The notes under the pieces were generated by a model that saw only the letters and a list, made by a program, of their open reading frames with translations, searched no databases and was not told the origin of the DNA. The position numbers and the translations under genes were made by a program. Of a stretch of 64,000 nt of DNA, positions 39,522 through 54,029 are shown in pieces; position 1 is the first letter of the stretch; the number at the start of each line of letters is the position of its first letter. Origin of the DNA: Octopus vulgaris (taxonomy: Eukaryota); NCBI GenBank assembly GCA_951406725.2, contig OX597818.1, forward strand, positions 112,840,001 to 112,904,000. Direction: 5' to 3'.

Positions 39522-39941
39522 AAGGCGGCGAGCTGGTAGAAACGTTAGCACGTCGGGGGGAAATGCGTAGCCGTATTTCGTCTGCCGTTACGTTCTGAGT
39601 TCAAATTCCTCTGAGGTCGAGTTTGCCTTTCATTCTTTCGGAGTTAATTAAATAAGTACCAGTTACGCACTGAGGTCGATGTAATCGACTTAATTGGTTT
39701 GTCTGTCCTTGTTTGTCCTCTCTGTGTTTAGCCCCTTGTGGGTAGTAAAGAAATAGGCATTTCGTCTGCCGCTACGTTCTGAGTTCAAATTCCGCCGAGG
39801 TCGACTTTGCCTTTCATCCTTTCGGGGTCAATTAAATAAGCACTAGTTACGCACTAGGGTAGATATAATCGACTTAATCCGTTCGTCTGTCCTTGTTTGT
39901 CCCCTCTGTGCTTAGCCTCTTGTGGATAGTAAAGATATAGC
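39522..39941 (+). mobile_element. SINE family A dimer within one 15-bp TSD
   Basis: TSD atagtgtgtctgaaa at 39507-39521 and 39942-39956; junction aaagaaataggcatttcgtctgcc at about 39747-39770. Confidence 0.93.
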
Positions 39942-41224
39942 ATAGTGTGTCTGAAATTGTAATGTTGGGGATATGAGGATTCTCAATGCATTAAGAATAT
40001 TTTTCAAAAAAATTGATGTAGCTAAATATTGTATTTCTATTTAAAAGTCTGCAAAATACGTGACAAGTGAGGAACCATGTATCTATCAATGTTAAACAAT
40101 ATCTACCTCTATAGAAGCAAAAACATTGTGAGGCTTTATTTTTGTCCAATCCATGTGTAATCCATGGATATTTTCTGATATTTATCGGATTGGAATACAT
40201 TCTCTGGATCGAAATTTCTCGGCTCAATATTATTGCTATATTTTTAACAATAATAACCCAACTGAACATAGATTAGGGATAGATATGTTATGCTTCTTTG
40301 AAATGGTCTGTATTTATGTAGGCGGTTCTCCTTTCGCTAGCTTTGTGTAATTTTATCTCGTAATAGATGCTTCGTAATATCTAACAAACTAGCTATGTTA
40401 GATATTCTAATAAGTGTATTTCTCATATTGTCTGTTTCATGTCAATCCCTATATAATATGAATTATTCGGCATGCCTATATAGGCCAAAATCAGGCTCAC
40501 CTGCTACGTAGCATCTTGTTTAATATATTTATGTAGAAAATATCAGAGATTCCTGGTCTGTTAATAATCAAAGATACGATAACCTACTTTTACGATATAT
40601 GTATTAGATGTGTTAGATTAGTCTTAGTGTGCATAAAGATTTTGGCGAAGTATAAAAGGTTTAATCATGAATTTAAACATGACCACCTGCACCGAGCTAG
40701 GTGTTTGAATGACTCTGGGAAAACTTCGCGCAAATATATAGCTGCAGTTTAAAGAAAACAAGAAAAACTGCGATATAAATAGTGTAAACAAAGGACAAAG
40801 CCAGACACAAACGTTCAGCGTATCAGATGTGAATCTCACTTAATACACTATATATCGCCTCCGTATGATAATAAGATTAGTTGAAGATGTACACAGAATT
40901 TAGTAATAAAATTCTACCCGCTGTTTCTCTTCTTTACAAAAACTTGTACTTCGCCATGCTATAATGTACAGCAAATAATGTAGTACAAGCACGGAATCCA
41001 GCCCAGAATCATTGTTTCTTTCCCTGATTCAAATTGAGTGCAAAAAGAACGTAAAGTTATCAACGATGAGCATCTTCCATATTATTTTAAGAATATACCG
41101 TGGATTTAAAACGATATGAAACAAATGGTAATAACTTCAAATAAATATTGTAATTGAATATTCTTATTCTATAACACTGATGCACCTTCACGAAAATCTC
41201 CGAACTATGGTATATTACGTAATT

Positions 41225-41295
41225 ACATGGTCGACCTGACTATCGGACGTTGTTAGACATCGCTAGTCACAATGCGCTTTGCATCGTTGTATCAG
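41225..41295 (-). mobile_element. Possible RTE-type LINE extreme 3' remnant
   Basis: Minus strand caacgatgcaaagcgcattgtgactagcgatgtctaacaacgtccgatagtcaggtcgacc; similarity is from recollection only. Confidence 0.3.
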
Positions 41296-42365
41296 CCAAA
41301 ATTCCTCTGATCAGAAGCGCTCTATACAGCTATGCATTTTATTAGATTGTGGAATCTTCTGACTATGCAATATTTTTTTAATAAACTAACACCATTCACA
41401 ACTCACGAAGTCTATGTAAATAATATTTGTAGTTCTCGTATTATAAATTCTTTTGAGATATTATTTCGTTAGTAGAATTGAAATAGCTTCAAATATCATG
41501 ATTATTTACCGTAATATTTTGTGCGACGAAGTTCAAATATATTATTTTGATTTATGTAAGATAATCCTATTAATATATTTTATAAGTAATGTCATATACA
41601 TGTGTATGTATACGTGCGTTTGTGTGTGTATGCATGTGTATATGTGGGTTTGTGTGTCTAATGTATATATGTATGCGTTTGTGTGATTATGTATGAGTGC
41701 GTGTGCAATCGTCTCATTTTACAGTCTAAATAAAATATTGAATAATTTCAGCACTATAAAAGATATTTTTTTTAATATATTGCGCAGTTTCTAAAGCATT
41801 AAAACGCGGTTTCAAATGACATATTTCCTTCTATTCATAAGTGTTTAGGGTTCAATAGACAGCTGACTATATTCTACAACCGTTTATATAATTCTCATTC
41901 CAAGAACATTGAAATATGACAATTTGTTTCTTTGGATGGTGGGGGTGCGTCGTACAACAAAACAGACAATTCCTCGCCACACTAGATTTTAAATTCAGTC
42001 ATAACATTGCATAATTTCGATTAATACGAGTTAAACCATTTCATACCCTAATGCATTTACTCTTATAATTTGAAAAAGAAAAATGTAATGCACGTTTGCG
42101 ATAGATTTCTTACGTTATATAAAAAACAAAATGCGTAAATAAAGTAGTTTGGAGATGAATCGTTAGTTGATCAATGAATACCTGTTATTATATGTGAGAA
42201 TCTTCGGGCATTCCATTTACAATAACAATCCTTCAAGCACTGTTTCACACAGTTTCTGTCAACCAAATATATCTCCTGAAACATGGGTTGTACATCTCTT
42301 ATGATAAAAGGCAGATTTTCTCTGCCTCTGACATAGTTTGTTTTTAATACAATTGTACAATATAG

Positions 42366-42751
42366 AATTTCTTCAATTGGAATTTACCTATGATTTTTCG
42401 AAGTTGATTCGATTGAGTCATGGCATATAAAGTTTTTTTCAATTTGACCCCCAATTAAGCAAAAATTCGAGAAAACTAAATATTTGAAGATTTGCCTCTC
42501 TAATTTCAACTGCTTCACTCCTTCTATTACCACACTTTCTCCTATTTTCTCTTTGCAAGTGTAACGATTTGCCTCTCTAATTTCAACTGCTTCACTCCTT
42601 CTATTACCACACTTCCTCCTACTTTCTCTTTGCAAGTGTACCTTCAACCACTACTCAAAAAAATACACAGGAAACAGAAACGAATAAATACATAACGATT
42701 TACTCCCCACACAATTTCTTCAATTGGAATTTACCTATGATTTTTCGAAGT
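42366..42751. repeat. 39-bp perfect direct repeats enclosing a 77-bp-period tandem duplication
   Basis: aatttcttcaattggaatttacctatgatttttcgaagt at 42366-42404 and 42713-42751; tandem units at 42489-42563 and 42566-42640. Confidence 0.9.
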
Positions 42752-43067
42752 ACATTCCATTCTATATTTTATAAATTAAAATTGGTTTTTAATTTACTTT
42801 CTGTCGCTAAGTTTTGGTAGTATTAATTTGCCAGCGTACTTCAGTTGTCAATTGTTGAAATAAATAAATTGTAAGTTAATAAGGTATGTGTGTGTGCGTG
42901 CGTATGTGTGTGTCTGTGTGTCTGTGTGTGAGTGTGTGTTTGTGTGTGTGTGTAGGAAGTGAAGGATAAAAATATGGCAAGAAGTGGACAGATGTACATA
43001 TATACATACATACATCCATACATACACGTGTGTGTGTGTATGTATGTGTATTAATGTGTGTGTGTTA

Positions 43068-43456
43068 TCTCTCTCTATATAAAGCTGAAGTTGTCTGTGT
43101 GCGCCAGGTTTGGTAACCTTCAACTAACACTATCTCCTCCGTGACCCTGTGGCGCAAGTTGACCAAACTTGAGAGTATGATAGAAGAAGGGTTGCTCTTC
43201 CTTCCGTAGAAGATAAAATTCAAATCGGACCATGTTGACATCAAAAATTATTTACATCAAAAAGGTTCTTTTTTCTATGAAAATCCCTGTTTTTTACGAT
43301 TTTGTCACTGCTGTGTCGCCAATTTTCGGTGTATTTCAACCAGAAAAATGTTTACTTGAATAGAATAACAAGCTACATAATGCAAAAATTTTACTTTTCA
43401 AAAATTCCAATTACAGCGGGTCGAAACAAACCGAGCAACGCCGGGCGAACTGCTAG
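43068..43456 (+). mobile_element. Non-autonomous Helitron
   Basis: Inserted between A and T; 5' TC(TCTCTCTATATAAAGC…); subterminal GC-rich hairpin ccgagcaacgccgg; 3' CTAG. Confidence 0.8.
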
Positions 43457-44790
43457 TAAGATATAGTAACTGCCTTTTCCATTGGGCACGCGTTCCATTG
43501 CGGAATGCGAGACGACTTGAATGAGAAACATTCTCCATTGTCATTCGGCAATATACCATCTAAGCTGAAATCAGGTATTGAACTTGTATGTTGGAATTTT
43601 CTATAGGTAAGGTACTCACTCATTACATATATATTTCGAACATATAAGAATAAACTAGGATTAACACATAATTTTTATTTCAACGCACACACAGAGGACG
43701 AAAACGCTCAATCGCATATGCATGTAAAATATATTTACTTGTATGACAATAGAGGTCAGTATTTTTATCAAAATTCTTAGACATTTCAAGTCTTTTTATT
43801 TGAAGTTTAGTAACATATCAAATAGCTAACCGCATGTTATGTTGTGTCAAATTAAAGAGAATATTATAGCCGAGCAAGCCGAGGAAAAGGAAATACACCA
43901 GTTTTATACTTTATTTATTCATTCAAAACGTTAGAGCAAGAAATAATACAGATTTATCCCTCCATATACGCTGCAACGGACACTTGGGATTAATATTACT
44001 TATAGTTTGTGGTTGAGTTTGAGCATTTATTTTGTTTTTAATTTACTACGTGGCTATGCATAATAAACACTAATAATTTTTCTCAATAAATTTGAAAAAC
44101 TTGTCTAATATAACTCCAGAAAAGAGGACAGTTTCATGAGCTATCTTAGTGATATATAACTGTATTAAAAACTATGTTTTATACATCAATAATCGCTACT
44201 AGATATGCGTGCCAGACGGCAATAAAGAGGAATGTTAGATCTAAGAGAAATAAATAATTTATCTGTTTCATTGCAGAAAACGTTGGACATTAGAAGACTG
44301 GATATAAAAAAGGAATTCAATAGAAACAAAGACATAAAGCATTTTGCTTAGGAAATATAATTACCTTGCTGGTTTGGTGTTGTATCTATTAGAAATTTTG
44401 CCTGATATCAAATAAATAGAAACGACGTATGTATCCTGAGTAATATCACAAAACTGTGAAGTATAACTACATCTAAATGTATGTGTTTATCTACAGAAAT
44501 GTGAAGCTGATATTCTGAGTATATGCCTGTTTTTAGTTTAAGTGTCGGCGAGTGCATGCGTGTATTTACCTTATTAAAAAGTAACAGAAATATCACAAAA
44601 TCTGTTACTCAGAGCATCACGTTCCTGTTCGACGGAGAGTTTTGTTTAGAAAGCAGAAATACAATTACTTTGAAAGATACACGTTCGAAAATAGTTTTGT
44701 GACATTTCTATATATCTGGTATATATTACTATGTATCTGGTATACGAGTACTAATTTTTCAACCTTTTTACGCATTTACTTGCTTAATCT

Positions 44791-44861
<71 letters not shown>

Positions 44862-45949
44862 ATGTGTGTGTGTGTGTGGTGTGTGTGTGTATGTGTGTGT
44901 GTGAGATTTAATAAAATCATTTAATGAAAGAACGTAAATAATTTAGTTTCTCCCGCATCATGTTCACCATTATATTCTATCCAGGAATACTGCATAGACA
45001 ACTTGTTTAGATTCGATGTAACAATATATTGGGTACTAAAAACCAATAGAATTATTATTGTACATTATAGTCGCACATACATAAATATATACGCACACAA
45101 ACACACACACACACACATACACACACATATACATATTTGCGTGTAGGTTTTGTTTGTATCCTTCGTGAAATATCATATACACTCTATTTACTTCGATATT
45201 CCGCATTTCCTGGTTTAAAACAACGCAGCAGGTATCTCTATGCCTGGGGTTTTTACAGGATGTAAATATTGTATTAGACTATTTGGGGGAAAACATAAAT
45301 ATTGTAAATTCTATTCATATTTCCTATTGGATGGATTAATTAACAATAGATATCTAAATACATATTATATATCATTTGGTAGAATTATTCATGCAAAATG
45401 AAAATAGGAATAGCGTTTCAGTCCTAACGCAATCGATATTTTTAATTTAATTGAATTCTGGAATATAACTGTGATTTGATATATAAGCCTTCGGTCCCGT
45501 AGTTTCAAATGAATTTGCCTATAGATATAGACACATATTTTTGATCTTTATTGATTGATGATCAAGATGTTTATTTTAAAGATTGAGAATGTATAAAACT
45601 TAGAAAGACAGTTATGTAATGCTAGTTTTCTTAAATACTGCATGTAAATGTAAAGATTAAAAAGTAAATTTCAATATATTCTTTCAAACGCGGTTGTGTA
45701 GAATTATATGACTTAATGTCATTTGCGATAAACGTGGTTTACATATCCTAAACAGCCGTTCAACATGTGCTCCTTGACAAACTTAACTGTGGATTCTTAA
45801 CAAATGGTATGAGTATAAGATATACAAACGGCATACACATGCACTCGATTGTAGTCATTTTTCATGAACCTTAAATTTAAAGTTAGGTCCACCCATCCAT
45901 CTATATCTACACCCATCAATATATACACATATGTAAGCATATGCGAATA

Positions 45950-46180
<231 letters not shown>

Positions 46181-47365
46181 ACATAAGATGAAATCATTAA
46201 AAATTAGCATGTGTGTGCGTGTGCCCGTGTGTGCGCATTTTTCTATGTATGTATGCTTGCTTATTGGCGCTTGTGTGAAAATTCAGTTTATTCTTCATTT
46301 CTAATCTTTGAAAGCATTGAATATGAGGGAATTATACTGTCGTGTATTCTGGTTCTCATAGAATTGATTGCGTTAGTAAATACGCACACACGCGTCATGT
46401 TAATTTCTGTTAATATGTATTTATTCTGTGAATGCGCGAATGACTGTACAATCTCTGCATTAGGTGCCATTTTCTGTCTGTTCGAATTTGATATGTAGGA
46501 TATCAATTCAACCCGGAGTGCAATAGATTGTACTGGGTTAATGAAAAATTATCACACCATCAAAATTAAACTTATAAATAGTGTAATGTTTCGTTTCTCT
46601 TGGCCAATCTTCCAAGAGACTGCAGAAATCTCGAGTGATTAAGTCGAGATGCAACACGTAAAGCGATCGTTAATCATTTAAGGATAAATAAATCAAATGG
46701 ATATATTGATAAAAAGAATTCGAGATGGTTTAGAATATTCATTGACAATAAAACTATTATTCAAAAAAGACAGACAGATTGGTTTAAAACAATTATTGTA
46801 AATAATTCTTTTCTATGCTTGCAGTTTCGATTGGAACTATGAATAGTTAAAGAGAACGTTTGTGTGTTCAATCGGCGTTTTATTAAATTTTGATCCAATC
46901 GAACAGAGACCGGAAACAAATAACGTTAGTACACATACAAACTGTCAATTGAATGTTGATCGGTTAATTAAAACTGACACTCAAATGCTAGAATATACAG
47001 GTACTGCGAAAATAATTCCTCGATTTTACCAGTTAGAAATGTAATTAAAAAAAAAAAAGAACTAAATTGTTGCTTTACTGAATTTTGTCAAATATTTTTG
47101 CTGTGATATTCTTCAAACAGAGTTGAAACTAATCCTCGAGACAATTTGAAGTGCCTGTTTACGTTGAGGTTTTGAACAACATAACTGCAAACGTTTCGCA
47201 GCTATAACAACGTAACTACTTGACCTTAATAACAGTTTAAAGAATATTTATATTAGGATCTCTCTATCCCCCCTTTCTGTCTCTCTCATTCTCTACCTCT
47301 CCATTTCTCTCGCTCCATTTCTTTCACTCTTTTTCTCTTTCTCATTTCTCCTTCTCTCTGTATAT

Positions 47366-47495
<130 letters not shown>

Positions 47496-47869
47496 GTATA
47501 CATATCCGACTATTCCACACTATTCATTTGATATTCAATTGAAAATCACTACTCATGGTAAACGACATTGAAATTTTAGGAATATTTACTCTCAAGAGAA
47601 TTTGGAAGACAATATACACGAACGATTTGGCGAAATTGACAGCATTCTGCAGACAAAAGGATGAAGATGAATGAGAATGCGACGTACTTTAATTATTAAA
47701 ATTTTGTTGTATGTTGATTTAGCAGGTATCAGATTTGAAGTCGAGATATTTCCTGTCTGAGAATGAATGACAAAGAAAGGAAGTTGGTTGAAGGAGATAG
47801 AGAAAGAGAAGGAAAGGGAAATAGATAAGTCGCGTTTATTATATTGGTTTTGAATGTTAGGACAAAGTC

Positions 47870-48055
47870 AACAAGATCGAAAGAGCTGGTAAGTGGATTA
47901 CATCGACCCCAATTCTCAACTGGTACTTATTTTATCGACGCCGAAGGGGATAACGGACGAAGTCGACCTGAGTGGAATTTGAACTCAGAACGTAAAGACG
48001 GGAGAAGTCCTACGGTGCATGTCACCCGGCGTGCTAACAGTTTCGCCAGCTCGCA
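47870..48055 (-). mobile_element. SINE family A, diverged
   Basis: catcgacccc…aactggtacttattttatcgac…ggaatttgaactcagaacgtaa…cccggcgtgctaac. Confidence 0.8.
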
Positions 48056-48274
48056 ACATTTCGTGCGTTTGTTATATTACTTTCTACTGAACTTCTGCAA
48101 AATAATTAACGGTGAGTCGATTCTAAATAAACTTACTATACCAGCTCATTTCATTATTCGGTTACTAAACATCATTCGGTTACTAAATAGATGAGAAAAA
48201 AAAAGATAAATGCATTTTTCTTCAATATAAAATATGAATTTGTATTAAATTTCTAAATGCATAGTTCCGCTTCT

Positions 48275-48535
48275 TGGCACCTACTATAGCCTCAAGCTGG
48301 TTAAAACCTTGTGAATATATTTGGTATCGGAAACTGAAAGAAGCTCGTCAAATGGTGCAGGTGTGTTTACGTCTACGTATCTTAGCGGTTCAGCAAAAGC
48401 GACCAATATATTAAGTAGCAATCTTAAAAATAAATACTGGTGCCGAATCCTTCGACTAAAATTATTCGAGGCGCTGATCCTGAATGGCCGCAGTCTAATT
48501 ACTAAAACAACTAAAAGAATAGAAGTAAAAGAACA
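48275..48535 (+). mobile_element. SINE family B, diverged and internally deleted
   Basis: ctactatagcctc…cggaaactgaaagaagc…gtgtgtttacgtc…cttagcggttc…atggccgcagtc…aaaacaactaaaaga. Confidence 0.7.
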
Positions 48536-49089
48536 TACATAACTTCTGTTATAACATCTCTTACATTGGTAAGATATCGGCACAAAAATGTTTTGCTCTC
48601 GTCATGTCTTTCAAATTTTCGGTCATCCCGTATATAATGCGGCTTTTTATACACACGAAAATATTTTGGCAAATCAAATCTAAATATTGAAGTGAATCTA
48701 ACGGTTTTTTTTGTATTTTTACTTTAAATGGCTTATAAATACCTTTCACGCTGCAATTGTCTTTTTTTTTTATCAAACGATCTCAGATCAGGTCAGTTGC
48801 TATGCAAGTACATTTCCGTAAAGATAAACAATTATTTTTTAAATCTAAAATATACTCTACTTCGTTTTCTACAATGCTCTTCCATTTATCTAGTAATTTC
48901 CAAAGCCCCTCTTCCAAACTTCACTTGTCCGTGACGAAAAATACTCTTCCAGTACTGTTCTCACCTCATCTACAGAATTAATATTTTTTCTGTCCAAATA
49001 ATTTTGAAAACTGCGAAATAAATGAAAATCAGGTGTTTGCGTGTGTGTATGTGTGTGTGCGTGAGTGTGTATCTGTATGTATCTTTGCG

Positions 49090-49285
49090 TGTGTTTTGTA
49101 CCCTACTAGCCCTTGATAACCGGATTTGTGTGTTTACGTCAACGAAACTTAAGTATCCGATAGAATAAATACCTCGCTGTAAAATATATATATAAATATG
49201 TAATAGAGTTAAGATTCGTTCGACTCAGATTCTTTAAGGTGGTGCCCAGCATGACTGAAACAAGTAAAAGATAACAAGATAAAAG
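49090..49285 (+). mobile_element. SINE family B, 3' half, diverged
   Basis: cttgataaccgg…gtgtgtttacgtc…ggtggtgcccagcatgactgaaacaagtaaaagata. Confidence 0.65.
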
Positions 49286-50371
49286 ATGGCATTCCAGCCC
49301 CTCGATTATATGATGAGAGTTTATTAATTTTGTAATATATCATATGTTTCCATCTTATTGACTTTGAATTTTTAAGTTCACTAAAGATTTTGTTAAATAA
49401 TGAGAAGCGTCAGTTTTGTGGGATGGAGAAAAAATGTCGACGTTGCTATAAAAATCTGCAATTTGTTTTTTGGGAATTTTTTTACAAAGAGAATATCAGG
49501 TGCGATGAGCCGAGAGCATATATACAAAAAGAATATGGTAATTCCTTTTATAACATGTGTGCCATAAAACAATTGTCTTATCTGTGAAAAATATTATTTT
49601 GATAAAGTTGTGCAGAAAAATGTGAATAATGAATATATGTCACTGTTTTTCTTTCGAGAATTGAAGAAGTCTTAAAAGTCTTATAAGAAATTAATTGTTT
49701 TCCGTATATTTCCATGTAAAGGAGTTTGTGTATTTCCTAATATGACCCTCTAGCAAAAATAAGTTTACGGAATGAGAATTATTGTGTTTATATTGCTCAA
49801 AGCTGCCATGACAAATAACAATTCTTTCAAAAATATATAAGCACGCCAATCTATACTGATGATGTGAGGAACAAATGAAGAAATTTTCTTTTAACAGTTT
49901 CACAGTTTCTGTCAGCTCCTCAGACAAAAATGAACTTTTTTCCCCAATCAATAATAGAGAGTGACTCTAAGAAAGCTCTCAGGTTTCAACATAGAAATAT
50001 ATATGATAGCATTCGTCTTTTGAAATCTCTTCTTTTTTTTTTTATTTTTGTAGAATAGAGTGTAAATTAGGAAAACTGAAACAAAGGCTAAAATCATAAT
50101 GCCTTACAATGTATAACGTAATAATGTAATCTTGTGCCATCTATACTATTGGTATGCAAATAAAATGGTGTAGTCATTTTATGGGACATTTAAGAATTTC
50201 TTTGACTGTTAGAGAAGATGTCCTGTTTCTGTGTATTTGCTTTTGTTATGAGACAGTTTTCTTGTCCATTTGACTTGCTGAACTTCTTGACGAACATTTA
50301 TCGAGTCAGAAATACTTTATGCCAATGACTTTATGGTGGTCAAGTAAGTGTATGGAAAAGAGTAAGACAGA

Positions 50372-50409
<38 letters not shown>

Positions 50410-51442
50410 GGGCGAGAGGGTGACAGAGGGAGTTAAGGAGAGGGAGTGCATGTTTGTTGTTAGAATTTGACCAAGCTGCTTCTGCTACATCTCCAGATGT
50501 CTTCATCAGAAGATTGCCCGACAATGTACTGAGCCACGGTAATCACCCAGTTGCAACCAGAAGAAAGAGTCAGGCCGACTTAGTTCAATCGACCTTCTTT
50601 TTTTTTCGTTTGCCCAAAATCTTAGGAGTCACGAATTTCGCCATTTGAAGTGTTATTTCATGAATTCCAAAAAGGACTGTATTATTTCCAAATTTAAATC
50701 TTGTAATCTTGCCTGGAGTAAATGATGTAACGAAACAACGGCTAGATACTGATTCCAAACTCACGACAGGACTAGAATTAAATTTTGTTTCACGTTTGTT
50801 TTAACATATAGTTAGTTATATTTTTGAAATGTTAATATATTGTCAATTTTGAGACCTACGTTATAAAAACACACCTGAAGAGACGAGCAAAATCGAGGAA
50901 ATTATAAACATTTATCGTGCTTCATTGGTGTTATCACAGGACTTCGTCTGTTGACAAGTTGTCAATTGAGTTCACACGAAATAAAATTAAAACGACAATT
51001 AAATGTGAACTGACATGTACCACATAAAACACCAATACATTATAACCAATGCGGTATATAATAGGTGGATAAATATACCAGATATTTATAGAGAATATGT
51101 TTCTGATTTGAAGGGGATCAGACAGCTGTGTAGTTGCAATATTTTGATCGAATTTCATCAGCGATTGAGTAACGGCATTAACTCTCCTGGGTTGCAATGT
51201 TTATAAACCAACTATATCTTTGGCTTATGAAAATCCGATAGACCGATTTTTGTATAAAACGCTAATTCGATTCCTGAATTACTACAAACTTAATATTGTC
51301 TAGTTTCAGCTGTATACTCTACTAAATATTATATCTGTAAATTTTAGCCAAGCCTCTATAGATATACAATCCTAAGATACAATACAATGTCGAGAGAGAG
51401 AGAGAGAGAGAGAGAGAAAGAAAGAGAGAGAGAGAGAGAGAG

Positions 51443-51475
<33 letters not shown>

Positions 51476-51734
51476 AGGACATCATCTATAGAAATGTCAG
51501 TCATGAGTTGGGTTTACATCTGCAAACCGGTCACATGATTTAGTCCTCCATAGAAACAATGTTTATAATCGCTGTATCACTTGCTGAGCACAGCATTGAA
51601 AGGAGGAAACACTGTAAATGCCAGTAATTTACTACACAAAATAGAGAAGTTATATGTAAATGTATTTACATTTTCTATTACTGTCTAGAACAGTACTGAA
51701 ACAGAATAACACTTAACATATCATGGATAACTAT

Positions 51735-51898
51735 CTATTTATCAGTATATCTATCTATCTATCCATATATCTATCTATCTATCTATATGTCTATATATCT
51801 GTCTACCTGTCTGTCTACCTGTCTGTCTATCTTTCTGTATATCTATCTATTTTATCTATATATCTATCTATCTATTTTATCTATCTATCTATCTATCA

Positions 51899-51962
<64 letters not shown>

Positions 51963-52025
51963 GTGTGTCTATCTGTCCATCTGTCTGTCCATCTGTCTAT
52001 CTGTCTGTCTATCTATCTATCTATA

Positions 52026-52074
<49 letters not shown>

Positions 52075-52083
52075 GTCTATCTG

Positions 52084-52122
<39 letters not shown>

Positions 52123-52255
52123 CTCTATCTATCTATCTATCTATCTGTCTGTGTGTCTGTCTGTCTGTCTGTATGTATGTCTGTCTGTTGGTCTTTCTGT
52201 TTCTGTGTGAGTGTGTGTGTGCGTGCGCGTGTTTTGTGTGTGTGTGTGTTTGTGT
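51735..52255. repeat. (ATCT/GTCT)n compound microsatellite
   Basis: Directly visible; source of the SIYL-repeat ORFs. Confidence 0.97.
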
Positions 52256-53136
52256 GTTTATATTACAACAGAAATTCATGTTATGTTACTCTCTGAACCT
52301 AGATATCTCCCTAAACACAGCTGTATTATGGTGAATTAATATGTTCATTTGCTTCTTTTACATATACATATATCTACGTTATCATTCTCTTTACATAAAT
52401 ATAAATTAGTCTCTCTCTCTCCCTCCCCCCCTCTCTCTCTCTCTCTTTGATTTCTTTTTTACCAATACCTTCTTCTCCTCTTTGCCTCTCTCCTTCTCTT
52501 TCTCTCTCTCTCTCTCTCTCCCTTTGTGTATATATATATCGATAAAGGTATTGTAAGAAAGTTGCTTAAGATATTATATCTCTCTCTGTGCACGAACGAC
52601 TCTCTGTCTGAGATGTCAGGCTCTGTTGTGTTTGCTCCTTTGCCATTTCCTATACATGAAATCTAATATTCTTGTGCCAGCGAACATCTTGTAATGAATT
52701 TTAGAATTCACACAAGCATAAGAATAGCAAAATCTATTATATTATTTCTGATACTTATCCTTTTGAAGACCGATATAATGCGGATCTTAAACCTATCTAT
52801 ATAAAACCCTATCTGTATTTTGGCATCTCTCCTCTGATAATTATGATGTATATCGATGTAGTAAGAGGATTGTCGGTGCCAAAAACACAATATATGTGTG
52901 AATGTTTGTGAATCTTAATTCACCTTGTTCCTGTTTCGCTTTCCCTAGCGGCAAAAAGGCATGATCAATTCGTATAGTTAATTATTTTACCTTTCTCGTT
53001 TATTTTTTTCTTCTTTTAATTTTGTTATTACAAATTGTACTTCCAGCATGAGTACAGTCTGCAGTTCTCACTATTTTATTGTTTAATTCTTATACTACGG
53101 CTACAAAGCTTTAGGCGCTTGCAGCAAAAAAATGTA

Positions 53137-53256
<120 letters not shown>

Positions 53257-53269
53257 CAACAATAATATA

Positions 53270-53672
53270 GGCGTAGGAGTGGCTATGTGGTAAGTAGCTT
53301 GCTTATGAACCACTTGATTCCGGGTTCAGTCCCACTGCGTGGCACCTTGGGCAAGTGTCTTCTATTATAGCCTCGGGCTGACCAAAGCCTCGTGAGTGGA
53401 TTTGGTAGACGGAAACTGAAAGAAGCCCGTCGCATATATCTATATATGTGTGTATGTGTGTGTATATGTTTATGTGTCTGTGTTTGTCTCCCCAATATCG
53501 CTTGACAACTGATGTTGGTGTGTCTACGTCCACGTAACTTAGCAGTTCGGGTAAAGAGACTGATAAAATAACTACTAGGCTTTCAAAGAATAAGTCCTGC
53601 GGTCGATTTGCTCTACTAAATGCGGTGCTCCAGCATGGCCACAGTCAAATGACTCAAACAAGTAAAAGAGTA
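53270..53672 (+). mobile_element. SINE family B, full length (CORE-SINE-like)
   Basis: A-box tggctatgtggt, B-box ggttcagtccc, CORE-like caccttgggcaagtgtctt, internal microsatellite, LINE-like tail. Confidence 0.92.
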
Positions 53673-54029
53673 ATGTTAATATGCCAATCTCTTCTTTTTG
53701 TACATACATGTCGTGTATGTCACACTTACTTCAGAGGAGTGAGTGGGAAAGCGAGAGAGAGGAGGACAGAGAGGAAGTAAGTGAGAAAGAGAGTGAGAGA
53801 GTGAGAGACACTGAAAGAAGCAGTGAATGGCGACGGCTTTCGTTTTGTGCTTTTAAATGTTTCGGAGAGGATGTAAGAGAGAAAGAGAGAGTAATAGAGA
53901 GAAAAAGTTAGAGAAAGAGAGAGAGAGAGAGAGAGAGGCAGAGAGAGTGAAATAGACAGTGAATGGTGACGGTGTTCGTTTTGTGCTTTTCAACGTGTAT
54001 CACATCGCAAGATTAGTATAGACCGTAAT

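Noticed and set aside
51723-52334. SIYL-repeat ORFs
   Set aside because: (ATCT)n microsatellite artefacts.
53821-53998. Direct repeat of about 40 bp separated by a GA-rich tract
   Set aside because: Diverged local duplication within low-complexity sequence; no element hallmarks.
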